From: Tubiluchus corallicola | Taxonomy: Eukaryota > Animalia > Priapulida | Length of the DNA stretch: 64,000 nucleotides | Assembly: GCA_030141605.1 (NCBI GenBank) | Contig: JAQGDQ010000009.1 | Location: forward strand, 372,001-436,000 | Reading direction: 5' to 3' | Part shown: piece after piece, positions 37,501 through 50,600 of the stretch | Numbering within the stretch: position 1 is the stretch's first letter | Layout: the number at the start of each line of letters is the position of its first letter | Program-made: the position numbers and the translations under genes | Notes under the pieces: model-generated | What the model was told of the DNA's origin: nothing | Seen by the model: the letters and a program-made list of their open reading frames with translations, nothing else | Databases searched by the model: none

Positions 37501-38663
37501 TTGATAATGATGTAAACACAAATGTCAGCTTTCACATTTTGAAAATAATGATATCTGAGCCAAATGAAACTGGAACTTCATATAGGAACGCACTACTATA
37601 AAAATTTTATATTTTTTGTAACAATTTTCTGTACACCAAAGGTTTACAAACTTTTACAAACAAACGTACCTAATAAGTTTATGATAGTGAGACAAACCAC
37701 ACCACAGAACCAAAAAGATACTTTAATTTACCAAGGCATCAAAACCTTCAGAAAACTAAATTAAAAACCAAAGGATTGTCCAAACACTAAAAAATGAACC
37801 ACAAATAATACCCTGTGTCAGCTAAGACAAAATGTGCATTTAAGAGAGACAGTAGGTTTGTTAATTACAATAATAATAGCGAAAAACAGTAGGAATCTGT
37901 GTTATTAAAACAAAATAACATCAATAGACATAGTTCACTACATTATAGCGTAGATTTTATTCTTTCCAGCATAAAATCTGCATTATAATTTCGAATTGCA
38001 CAGTTAAGATGATTTTATTCATACTAATTACGCATAACAATTTCCAAATGAAACAGGACATGCGAAAAATACGTCACTTACTGTTTCAGATAAAACAGAT
38101 TTATAATGTTGACATTGATATTCAAGTTTATCTATTCGTGTATAAGCATCACCTAATTGACTCTGCAACCTTGTATCCTGCAAGGTAAAGCCTTACTGTC
38201 ATTCCCGTTCAAATTAACAGGTTCTAATGGCAGCAGTCTAACTCAGATTAATTCTAAGTATGTGTTTAAAAATACTAGTTCTGCAAATAAACTTGCATAA
38301 GTGCTACCAAAGAAAGAGCGAAACTCGCACCCGTTAAAAATGACTTACTGAGAAGCCTACCATCAACAAAAATTTTGGACAAGCAAAATTGCATTGTATT
38401 TAAGGGAAATAAATAGACTGCCCTGTGTCACAACTAGAGGTCTCAATCACTGGATCGTTAAGGATCCCGGACAGATTTTCGGTTTCAGTCGAAAAGACAA
38501 CTTCTCAGAAAAAATTTGCCAGAAAATGTTTTCCCTAGAAACTCATTTCACAGAAACACTTTTTAACAGGAAAATTGTGAGTGTGCCTTTATCTGCAAGA
38601 TTTGATATTTTAGTAGGATAAAGCCCCTTTGGTTTCTGTTTGCCTCTCCCTCCTTCCCTCCTT

Positions 38664-38697
<34 letters not shown>

Positions 38698-41600
38698 CTT
38701 TATCAGAAATACTAGGCCCATTAATCCTTTTCACTAACTCTATACTGTTTTATTACTAAATACTCTTGACTGATAACACTTTTTTTATGAAATCTTTACG
38801 TAAAGTATATTCAAAATAAAATGATGTTAATAACAATATATTAGGTGATTTCAGCTACATGAAGCTTAAGTTACACATGTTTCACATAGCACAAAAGCGT
38901 AATGAATAACATTCATTTTAAAACAGCGCATTTTACAATTCTGAAATTAAAATGAATCTGGGACTGAGACCCCTAGTAGCAATACACTGCTGCTCACAAA
39001 ATGTTAATAATGTTATTGCTCACCACACATTAAAACAAGAATAATGAAGTGCAAAGAAATATAAACTAATATGCATTGTTAGCAGATTTATTTTAAAACT
39101 AATATAGTATTACCAAAGTGTGCAAAAGATAGATAAAAAGAAATAGACCACAATGCTAACCAGACACGATTTTGCCACCGCTCTAGAATGTAACCAGTGT
39201 TTTTTTTATTTTCTTAAAATGCATATTGCAACTACTGTATTGGAAAATGAAAATATAGTACATTTAGTAATAAAAAAGCAGAAAGCAGTTTATATTAGCA
39301 ACCATTATACTGACCTCCATTGTAGATTCTTGCTGTATGAGCTTTTCTTTTAGTCGCTCTATGGTTTCAATGGCTTGCTTTTTGTACTCCGTCAACCACA
39401 CGGAATGATCTAGATCAATGGAAGACACGGAAACATCAGGAAATATAGTACATAACACATCACGCGTTTGACCCCTCTCCGCGTTTAATGTCTCACTGAG
39501 AATTTCCTGAAAAACACAATATGCAACATGAGAAATAATCATGCATATTGTTTAAATGAAAATAAACACTAGGTGGCACTGCTGCATCACGTTTTTAGCA
39601 TTTCTGTTCCTCATAATTCCTGCCTTTCAGTTGTAGCAGATTAGGAAGGACCAAAACACTTCTTTAAATAAAATCAACCAATAAATATCACTTGAACAAG
39701 CAACGTTGATAACAAAAAATTACATGTTGAATAAATGTCAATGTAGTTGCCAATAGCTTGTTCTCTGTCAGTTTCCTACATCAAGTGAAGCAAAAAATGC
39801 CCTGATGATTTGACTACGATATTACAAGTAGAAAATAAGGCAATCACTTGAAAATTACTACACTAATATTGCACACGTTTAAGCATAAACACAAAAAGCT
39901 TGCATTATTCCATTAAACAAAATTTGTCCAATGATTGTAGTTGTAAAACCAACACGTCAAAAAATAAATGCCAAGAAGTTTCATATGTCAATATTGATAA
40001 AATTTATAAGAAATGCTCTATATGTCCACGATTTTCACTACAAACTAGACGAAAGCATTTCTTTCAACAGCTGAAACAGTTTTTCACTTTTTTAAGAGGT
40101 TCCAACACTCAATAATGTTAGCTTTTTGTTAGTTTGCGAAGTTTGGAGCTTCAGCATTACTAGCGGCTGTCCCAGATCTTCTCTTTAAGGGAATTCCAGG
40201 CACCACAGTCCAGACGATAAAGTCCTGTTTTTTGCTGATAACAAATTTTCATCAGTGTTTTATTTTTTGTAGTGAAGACCATGATGTAACCTGGTCGATT
40301 TGATTTCTTTATAGTTTTGCTGGCATGCACAAAGTGGTTTATACCTCAACATTGCTCTTTTTCAACTGACGACTAGCTGACATTGTTCCGACATTTCAAT
40401 TTTTGACAAGCAAAAGCTTTTTGGCCATAATTAAGAAAATACCAAATATCACAAACTTCTAATTTTTACGACCAAAAGCTAATGTGTTCTAATACTGTTG
40501 TAGTTGGTGCTTTTTTCTGCCCCACCACAATAAAAACAACTTATGGGAGAAATAACAGTTATTAAAATCTTCAAGCACAGGCAAAAACTTTACTTGTTAA
40601 AGCTCAGAATTTTAGGCATGGAATGAAATTCTGTCAGGCCTGCATGCACAATCATGCTTATACTTTGAAAAGCAACATTTTGAACATTCTTTATCATGAA
40701 TCACGTAAATTGAGCTTAGCGGAACATAATTTTAACTAGAGGCTTGACAAAGCAAACAGGCAGAAGGACACAAAACACTATAGCTTTAATGATAAAAGAA
40801 AACTGACTTCTGCAAATCTAATAACACTCACACACACAGTGCCTATGGCATACAACATACAAGTATGCTTAACAAAAAGTTATCAATATTTGAGACAACT
40901 TCACAATTTGAGGTTTTCACAAACTTCGTCAATTGAGTGATGCATTTATAAGGCATAAAAATGCAACTGCAGTGTTCACTGGAAAAAATACTTTTTAAAA
41001 TTGTATATCGCACAGTTTTGCACAAAAAATCTTTAGAGAAACACAATTAATTGTTAATTTTTGAAACCAGCAGACTGAAGGCATATTTATACAAGTTCTC
41101 TCCATCTATTATGAGGAATGTAATCACACTTGAGTGTGGCAACTGCTGGTGCATCTCAGAGCGTTAATTTTGGTAATGAATTAGATCCGGTCTCAAAATA
41201 ATGTTAACTAGACCCTGCATCAAGGACCATTTGCAGCTTGCATTTGCCAAATTGTATAAAAGAAATAGGATGTTTAGCGCAAAAATGCAGACAAACAAAC
41301 AACAAAACAAAGACGTTCTCAGAAACATAATTTGGTTTAAGTTTGGAAAAAACGAGCCGGTTTAAGTGAGTATGAATTCACAGATATGCATTCTAAATAA
41401 AAAGAAGAAATTGAAATGAATAGTCAATAGCAAAAAAGGACTGTCAGCTATAAAAAACTGTAAAAAAATAATAAAATCTTGACTAACCCACTACGAAATA
41501 AACTATTCAAAAAAATTAAATTTTCAATTTGTTAATTTGCGAAGGTTTTGATGTAACATCATGCACAGTAACACAAACTGTTGCTGTAAGATTACTTTTT

Positions 41601-44600
41601 CAGAAGCAACTTTGTTGTCAACTGTTTTCTCTATGGCTGATATAGCCTCCATGGCTTTCCAATTCTTCTGTCGTAAATCCTGCCAAAATTTGAATCGAAT
41701 AAATAGCTTAAACAGTGCTGCAATATACGTAGCCGAACTGCCATGTTTTGGGGCATTAATTTAAACAGCGAATAATGTATAGCAGAAGGTTTTATCTCTA
41801 CGACATTTCAGTGCATTTTGCATTGCATCACTCATATCACAAAACATGACATTATGATGGCCAATAAGAAAAAATACGTTTCAGGCAGTCTTTCTGGGTA
41901 ATTTGACAATAATGAGGCAACTATAAGAACTCGGCTTGCTACTACTGTTTCAGACACCGCTAATCATTGTACAAGCTGAGACTATCATGCTTCACTAAAA
42001 TACACTGCAAAAAGGTAAAATATTTCCTTTTAATTTAGCATTAGAGATTAACCATTGATTTTTCTAGATTATTTTAAGTAGATTTTGTGGCAAATGCTGC
42101 CCTTTCCTTCCATCTATGAGGATAATATATTTACTATTTACTTTGAAAAGGCTTACTTCACATTAGTTACTAGAGATTTTTGGCTCAACAATCACCAGTC
42201 ACACATTGAAAAGAAATATTCAACTTACATCATTTTTCTTCTTTTGAGCAGCAAGGTCCTGATGCAATTCATTTAGCTGGGTCTCCTTTTGCTGCACTTG
42301 CTCTTGAAGAGTGGAAATAGTCATATCTTTCTCACTGGATTTTTCGCTGAGAAACTCCTGAAATAAATATTATAAAAGACAAATTATTTGTTATAGAAAC
42401 CAGCAAAATTGTAAGACAATTGCCTCACTCTCTGTTATATGTTTAACACAGTTTGTTCCACAGAAGTGGTATTTCCATCAAATAACAATCCTCAATATAA
42501 ATCTTTGTATCTCAATACATAACTAATAGCCACCACCACCTTTAGCTGAATTTAAGTAACAAAAAAGTCTACTCACATCATTTTGACTTTTTTGAGCAGC
42601 AAGGTCTTGATTTAATTCACTTATTTGTGCATCTTTCAAGTTAACTTGTTCTTGAAGACTGGAAATGACCGAATCTTTTTCGTTTAGCTTTTCACTGAAA
42701 ATTTCCTGAAAAAAATTCAAACAGTAAGTACACTTTGTTAAATTTGCAGATAATAAACGAATTATTGTTGAAAAGTATATGCCAGTAACTTATAGAAAGA
42801 GAAACGAATAAAGATTTGCATTTTTGCAGTTCCCATAATCTTTTAAATATACATACAAACATAGCGTTATGGAAACAGTAAACATACATACGTCCTTATG
42901 TAAATAACTAACAGAAATTCTATTACAGCACATTTATACAGCAAAAAATTACGCAAAATACAATTTAAACTTTCTACTTTGTCTCGTCCTTCGGGCAATA
43001 CAATATTGCACATAAAGCATGCAAAAATTTCAACAGACATGAATTATAAAAGAACAGCAAATAAAGTTTAGGGAGTTATCATCCATTCCTCAACAGACTT
43101 TATCATGTTTACTTAGCTTATAAGCTGCACCAAAGAATCCGACAAAAAGCTATGAGTAAAAGCAAGAAAATTACGAGAACGTCAGAAATAAGTAAATAGC
43201 TATTATACACCAGTGTTCTATGTTCTACATAAAAATAAACTTATACACTATGTGTGCATGCCATAAATAGCACACGTTTCTGCATAGGCGCAACATGCCA
43301 CCCAGTAAAAAAGTACGGTTACCAGATGACGGACAAAAACACCAACAAAGACTAGAGTAAAAATCGATAAATTTTTTGACGTCAACGTAATAAGTACGGT
43401 ATGGAAAAGTAATCTTAAAAAACGCAAACACAGACAAGCATGTGACTCAACATACAGGGTAAATTAAAGTTATACCTTTGAGAGCACAAGGTCAAAGTAA
43501 AGATCAATACCAAATTTCATAAAAACCTGTACTGATGAGCGCACGATAACCTACTGTGCTCTCACTGACTCTTTTTATATAAAAGATTATTTTATCTAAA
43601 AGAAATTGTCGATGTTATTTACATCTAAAGCATGTGTTGAAAAGGCAGTCTTTGTGTTGCAAAAACAAATAAAAAATGTAAAAAGAATTATGAAAGCTTA
43701 ACAAAATTTTAGAAAACAATTACAACAATCTAAAACTAAAACGAAATAGTTTGCAGAACACCAGAAGTGAGTCATCAACTATACTCAAATGTTTAAAAAA
43801 TTCAAATTTTATTTCTATACTAATTACTTTTTCAGAAGCAACTTTGTTGTCAACTGTTTTCTCTATGGCTGATATAGCCTCCATGGCCTTCCAATTCTTG
43901 TGCCGTAAATCCTGCCAAAATTTGAATGTGTAAGTCGCCTACCAAACACATCTTAGTATAAATCTGTGTTACGTGACCATTTACACAAGGATTAGAAATG
44001 GTTAATAGTAGCAGCTTAGTCGGTAAAGCCAATTCACAAAATGCACATTGTTAGTAGTAAAGTTCTTCTAGATTTCCTCTGATGCAAAGCAAAAATGTCA
44101 ATCTTACATCATTTTTCTTTTTCTGAGTAGCAAGGTCCTGGTGCAGTTCACTGAGCTGGGCTTCGTTCTTCTCAACTTGCTCCTGAAGATTGGAAATGGC
44201 CGTGTCTTTCTCGCCAATGCTGCAAGGAAATATGAAAGGAAACTAAAATAATGACACTGCATGAAAAGGATATTGAAAGGCAGAAACAATAATCAATGCA
44301 AACAGTGTATATCAGCAAAAAATCACCTAAAGAGAATTTGGAAAATAATAAAAGCAATCAGAGTCTATAATAAAAAAATCATGAAATGAAAAATCTTTCA
44401 TCCATTTGCAGGCAGCTGCAGAGAGACCCGACGTGACCTACCGAACTTCAAAGATTCAAAGGAATGTTAATCTCCTACTAGCACTGCTTGTGAGGTAATT
44501 TCAAGGTAGGGATGTTAAACAATACAAGTTTTGGGATACGATGTGATACGTTCTTCCAACAATGTGTTAATGATAAACTGCATATTATTTCGCACAATAA

Positions 44601-47600
44601 AAACGATACTGAACTTAGACAATTTATGTAACAACAGAAAAAAGCAACATTAATTATTAAATGCTTTAGTGCATTTCAGTGTGTGTTTAAATGGCTGGTA
44701 GTTATAAAACATTATATTTATAACAAACAGTTTATTTGTCATAATTATTCATAAATAAGAAAGCTGCGACAGATAAACATATTACTGCGATAAAAATATT
44801 TACTTATGCGAGATAGCTGCGAGAGATAAACACACCGCGATAAAACTGTTTATTTATACGAGCCGTACATAACAAGGAAAGTGACAATAAAAATACGGTA
44901 CAGTCTATCTGGCATCCGTGTATAAAAGGGTATCTATACTTTGTCAGTATGATCCAAAATGAAGATAGCCTCTATTGCCAGGCGAAAGGGAATGATTCAG
45001 CATCTGGCAAGCTATAATTTTAAATAATTCTTTTTATTTACTTCTTTTGTGTAATTACTGTAAACAGGTTTTATAAAGGTAAGAGATAAGAAACAGTAGG
45101 TGACAAATTAAATAGAATAACAACATTCCTATAATAATATCGATATAACGTAAAAAAAACAAATTTTTCGTACTGATACAGTAATCGATAATTTTTGATA
45201 TATACCGTTATCATTAACATCCGTATTTCAAGGGTTTGATTTGAAGGCATAATGACATTGGGAGTTTGAGAAGAATGGACAAACGTGTACACAAAATTTC
45301 CCATAATACGTATTTGCACCGAAATTTTAGCCGGAAATAATATTAATTAAAACTGTCTTACAGAGCTGAGTTCAGGGCAACAAACTGGAAAGAATCAACA
45401 TAAATAAAAATATAAACAACCATAGTGTTCATCACGGCCATGTAAGCAGAACTAAAATCAGTAATATATACATTGACTAAACTTAGTCACCAATTAAAGA
45501 CATACATTTTTTCATATTCTTCAATGGACACTTTCTTTGCCTCATCAGACTGAACTGCTACGTCACCATTTTGTTGCTGATTTTCCGATTCTTGTCCTTC
45601 AGCTTCCGATCTTTTAACTTCGCACAGCAGCTTTTCATTCGCATCTTTTAACTCCTGAAAAACACATAGTGCAAAATTTAAATAAAGTAACAAAATCGTG
45701 GTATGAAGAATAGCATATATGGTAGCTGAAACCTGCGTAAAGAGTGCACTAAAATGTGTGAGAAAAATTCTCGTCCAAGAGAAACCGGGATTTTCTTAGC
45801 AAAAATTTAAAAAAACTTAACGACCTCTGCACAAATGAGTGATGTTCACAATTTCAACCTAACTGAAAACTATCCTCAAAATAATTAGTAATACAATAGG
45901 TTTTCGTAGTCATATAACTAACAATTTAATACCAATATATTACAAGTGCTAACCACTGAATTTGGGGCAGTAGCTTTTACGCAACATTCTTCATATACAC
46001 AAAAATCTAATAAAATTCATTAAGTGAGAGTATAATACAACAAACAAACAAGACAATTTTGTAATATTTGTATTGTAACTAAACAACCTTGCCTACCATT
46101 ATTTGCTTCTCTTGTTTTGACTTTTCTTCGGTTAACAAATCAATTTTTGCTTGTAATTCTTGCATGCTGGTTTTCAACCCTTGATCTTGATTAGTAAATT
46201 CTTGCAGTTCAGCAGATTTCTGCTTCAGCTGCTCATCCATTTCTCCCTTAGCTGTTTCCAAAGTCTGAAATGTCAAACATTTCGATCTTCAATAAGCATA
46301 TGTATCAGCAAAGCTTACAACTTTAGAAGCACAAAACATAGTGAAAGAAAAATAAAAAGTATTATATTATAACAGACTTGACAGAAAACAATGTTTAACA
46401 GTTTAACAGGTTTATATGTTTTAACTAACTAGACCATCTCTTCCTCTGCCTCCTAAAGTCGGCACATGTAAAAAATGCTGTTTCTAAACAGTATCGTAAT
46501 CATGTGTATGCAATCAAGTCCGAAATTTCCTTCCTTTTCATTTCTTTTCCCAGATGAACATGTTTTTACTAGTGCTATATCACTCAATGAATACACAATT
46601 ATTTTACAAACCTTCGACAGTACAAACTTTCAAAATGCAAATCTAACCTACGGAAACTTAATTACTTGAAACTAAATGCACCTAAGTCTAATAACATAGT
46701 AAAAACCATCACTATATCACGCTTTGAAGATTTTAATGACAGAATTCCAGCCTATATATTAACACCAAAGTGCACACATATCTATTAGTAGGAGTTAAGT
46801 GTTGTAAACACAGTTACATTTACAATGAAAATGAGTTAAGTCAAAGCTACCTGAACTTCAGCAGCCTTGGCCGTCATTTCTTGATTACGAGCATCCAATT
46901 GCTTGCGGACTTCAGCAAGTTCCTTCTCCACAGTTTCCCTAACCGATGTCTCCTTTTGCAGCTTCCACTCAAGGTTCTTCATGTTATGAAACTTTTCGCT
47001 GTCTGAACTTTCCATGCTACAAGAAGCAATCCCAAGAAAGAATGGAATAAACTAATAGCTTGTTAAAATAACAAGAAAACCCTTTTGTTACATAAACCTA
47101 CAAATTAGCCTTGAAATTTTGTTATCACCTACATACTGCCTTATTGCGTATAGAGATTGTAATAGCAGTAACACTGTATAAAACTTGAAAATTTAAACTT
47201 CTGCGATAACCGTTAGGGGCAACCATTCTGATGGTAAATCAATTGAAGCTGGTTCAGATAACATTGCGTAAAATTTGAAAAAAATGATCAGAGCAATCGT
47301 AGCACACACTTCACTGACTAAGCAAAAGTATAAATTATTTTATACAGTCAATAAGATTAAAAATACATTTTTTGGTGAGTCAGTGGTGCACACTGGGATG
47401 GCAATACAGTGTCATTTTACCAGGTGGCGCAAATATTTTAAACTAAGAATTTGCTATTCTAATTACGTTAAGTCTTTCAAACAAGCTGCACAATGCTAAG
47501 TAATATAACTTTGTATGGAAAGTTTTTGGAATATACTTAAATTCATTTTCTGCCACGACTCCACTAAAACAATAAGTCTAGCCTAAAGCTGGCTTTTGGT

Positions 47601-50600
47601 TTTCAACACTTTACAATGTCACAGACCATAGTAAATCCTTTATATGTTCAGTTTAACAGACTTGTTAACCACCTTACAACTTGCATTGGTTTTTATTAAA
47701 CTATATGCAATCTAATCCAGAGCACAGAGACAAAGGCTTTCTCTCAATGCAGACCTTTGCTCAGAACCATATTTATTAGACCATTGTTTAAAATTATTGC
47801 AAATTTTGGAGCTTTTTGCCCAACAAATGACACACTATTATGGCACATTCAGACTAGCGAGTTTTCTGTCACGAGTTCTTTTTCTGACAGCAAACTCACA
47901 AATATGAACTGCTTTATGAGCTATTATCGGCAAATTATTGCAAACTCTCCGACAGTTGCTGTGAGTTGACTTCGGAGTATGAATGCCTTGGAGAGTTACT
48001 CTCGACACTTCTCGCAATCAACAGAGAATTGAAATTCAGTTCACACTTACTGTCGGAGAGCAATTAGCAGCGAATTTTGTGCTCTAGTCTGAAACCGTTG
48101 CGAGTTACTTGGTGAACTTATTTAGCGAGAAATCTCGCTAGTTTGAACATGCCGTCACAAGATGTCAAGTGTGCAATATTGTCCAGGTTCCTCTTTTTAA
48201 TGTTGATAATCCTCATATGTAAATTCCATTACTATTTTAATTTAAATAGTTGTATTGTTATTATCTCTTATATTAATATTCTTGGTATGTGCTTAATTTA
48301 TTTATATATATATAAGATTCGAGGCTACAGCTTCGACGACGGCACCATTTGCGGCGATCTATATATCAAACGAAAGGTCTCGATCTAGTGTCTTCTCATT
48401 GATGGTTTATTTTTCGAATCGGGCCCACCGGGAGGAACGGGGGGCGAAAAACCCCCAAAAATGGCCCTTTTTCGGCCGTTTTTTGCAAAAGTTATACGGC
48501 TGAGATGTAGAGAACGGGAACGGGCCGAGGGGGGTGCTGGGTATGGATTTAAATAATTGCTACAGTGTCTGGTAAAGAATAATTGCATGGCAAAAGGTCT
48601 AGTCAAAATAAGTAGATAGAAAGTGTCAATATCTACCTGTTCATCTTGTTCTTTAGATTAGTAAGTTCTTCTTGTCCAGCTGTAAGTGCACTGTTAACCT
48701 TGGACAGTTCTGTTTTTAATGCCACATTCTGAGACTGGAAACTTGCCATCTCATCACGAACTTCTTTCAGTTTCTTAGTCAAGTTCTCTTCGCTTTCCAC
48801 CTGGAGAACAAAAGCAGGGTTCCTTCACTGATTTTACAGCAGCCAAATGATTTTAACTAAATTGTTATAAGGAAATATAGAGCAGCAGTATAGCAGCGTA
48901 CAGAATGTAACAAGCACCAGAAGTCGACAGGCAACCATCAGTCAAAATTCAGGCTGCCAAACCCAATTTTCCGGACTCGGCTACCAGATGTGGTACCTAC
49001 TAACTTTGAAACTTTGACTGTTTTGTAACTACTGGCTGATGTCTAAGCTAGAGAAAGCATGCACAGCATTTTTCTTTTACTGCCTACTGGTGGCATCATC
49101 AAATAATTGAATCAGCAGGCAACATTTACTGCAAAAAGCCTAATGTTAGGGCACTATGCATTACTAATAAAGACAGGTTAACTTGTAAGAGATATGGTCA
49201 TTCATTGGTGTATTGTAAAAAAGCAATTTTACTATAATCCAAAAACCGTAGACCAGGGGTGTGCAAATTATCTGACTAGCCGGGCCGCATTAAACATTCC
49301 CGCAATTCCTGTGGGCCACATGCAGTTTGGTCAAGGAGCCAAGTACAGTAGTACCTAATAACGATTTCTTTTGCATCCGATTTGCGCACACCATTACTAC
49401 TGCACTACTACACTAAAAAAACTATATTAGAAGTTATTAAAATTTCTATTAAAACCCATATATTTCTACTTTCACGACAGATAGTGGTAATTTCATTACA
49501 ATGCATATTAGTAATGTGTATCACACAGTCTGTGTAATACACAGTGCATATTAACCTGTCTTGCCTCGCTGTTCTTCTTCAATCTTCCTCTTTTTGTTAT
49601 CCACGTTTCTGATCTATAAGAACACTACATCTGATGAAACGATGAAATAGCCACTGACTGAGGCGTGTACTACTGAGCCGAAGCTGAAACTCAAATCTGG
49701 GAATCCCGCTATATCAGGGGTGACCACACTTTTTCAGCTTGCTGGCTACTTACAAATTGGTCTGCCCAGTCGTCCTTTTGGTCATAGTAGATAGATCATT
49801 TTGACTTGGTTATTTTATAATTTTATTTATAATTTATTTTGCAAAATACCCAAGTCAAAATGTTCTACCTGCTATGACCAAGAAGACGACTGGACAGATC
49901 AACAGGCCCGATAACAGAAGCATACAGATTGGCTAATTGGTCTTCCTACCAGCCAATCAGATTGCTTCTCGCATTTCTTGCTCATTTGAGCATTTGAATG
50001 GCGGCTTCCGTGATAGTTTACTGTGTTCTGTGATTACATTGCTGTTTGTGTTCCAAGTGAGCAACGTTGAATTTCGTCATGTCCGACAGTGACATTAAGT
50101 GACAACCGTCTTGTAAGGGTTAATGCCATCCGATCTAGAAGAAAAAGCTACACGCACTGTCTTTGCGATATTGACGCGGACTTCAGCTGGATCGCGTGGG
50201 CCGCACTTTCATTACGTTGACAAACCTCTTCGAGGGCCGCACAAGATCTCTCGGCGGGCCGCAGTTTGCACACCCCTGCCCTAAACTCTGAAATTTAAAT
50301 GTCGGGAAACTCCACCTAAATCCTTAATTATTCAGACATGTTCGGGCTTTGCACTGAATGCCGTTAGACTTAGCTGCTTGCATCTCCATCTCCATACGGA
50401 ATTCCATTCCAACAAAATTAATAATGTGTATTAATTGCAGATACTATGGTAATAATAAAGGACTTAAATAAGAGCATAACAAATATTAGTGAGATAAGTC
50501 ACGCTTTGCAATAACAATAATAAAGTCATTTGCCTTGCTTCTCTCAAGTTGCTCGTTTTGTTGCTGGTAATATTCAGACTGCTGATCTAGTTCTTGCTGG

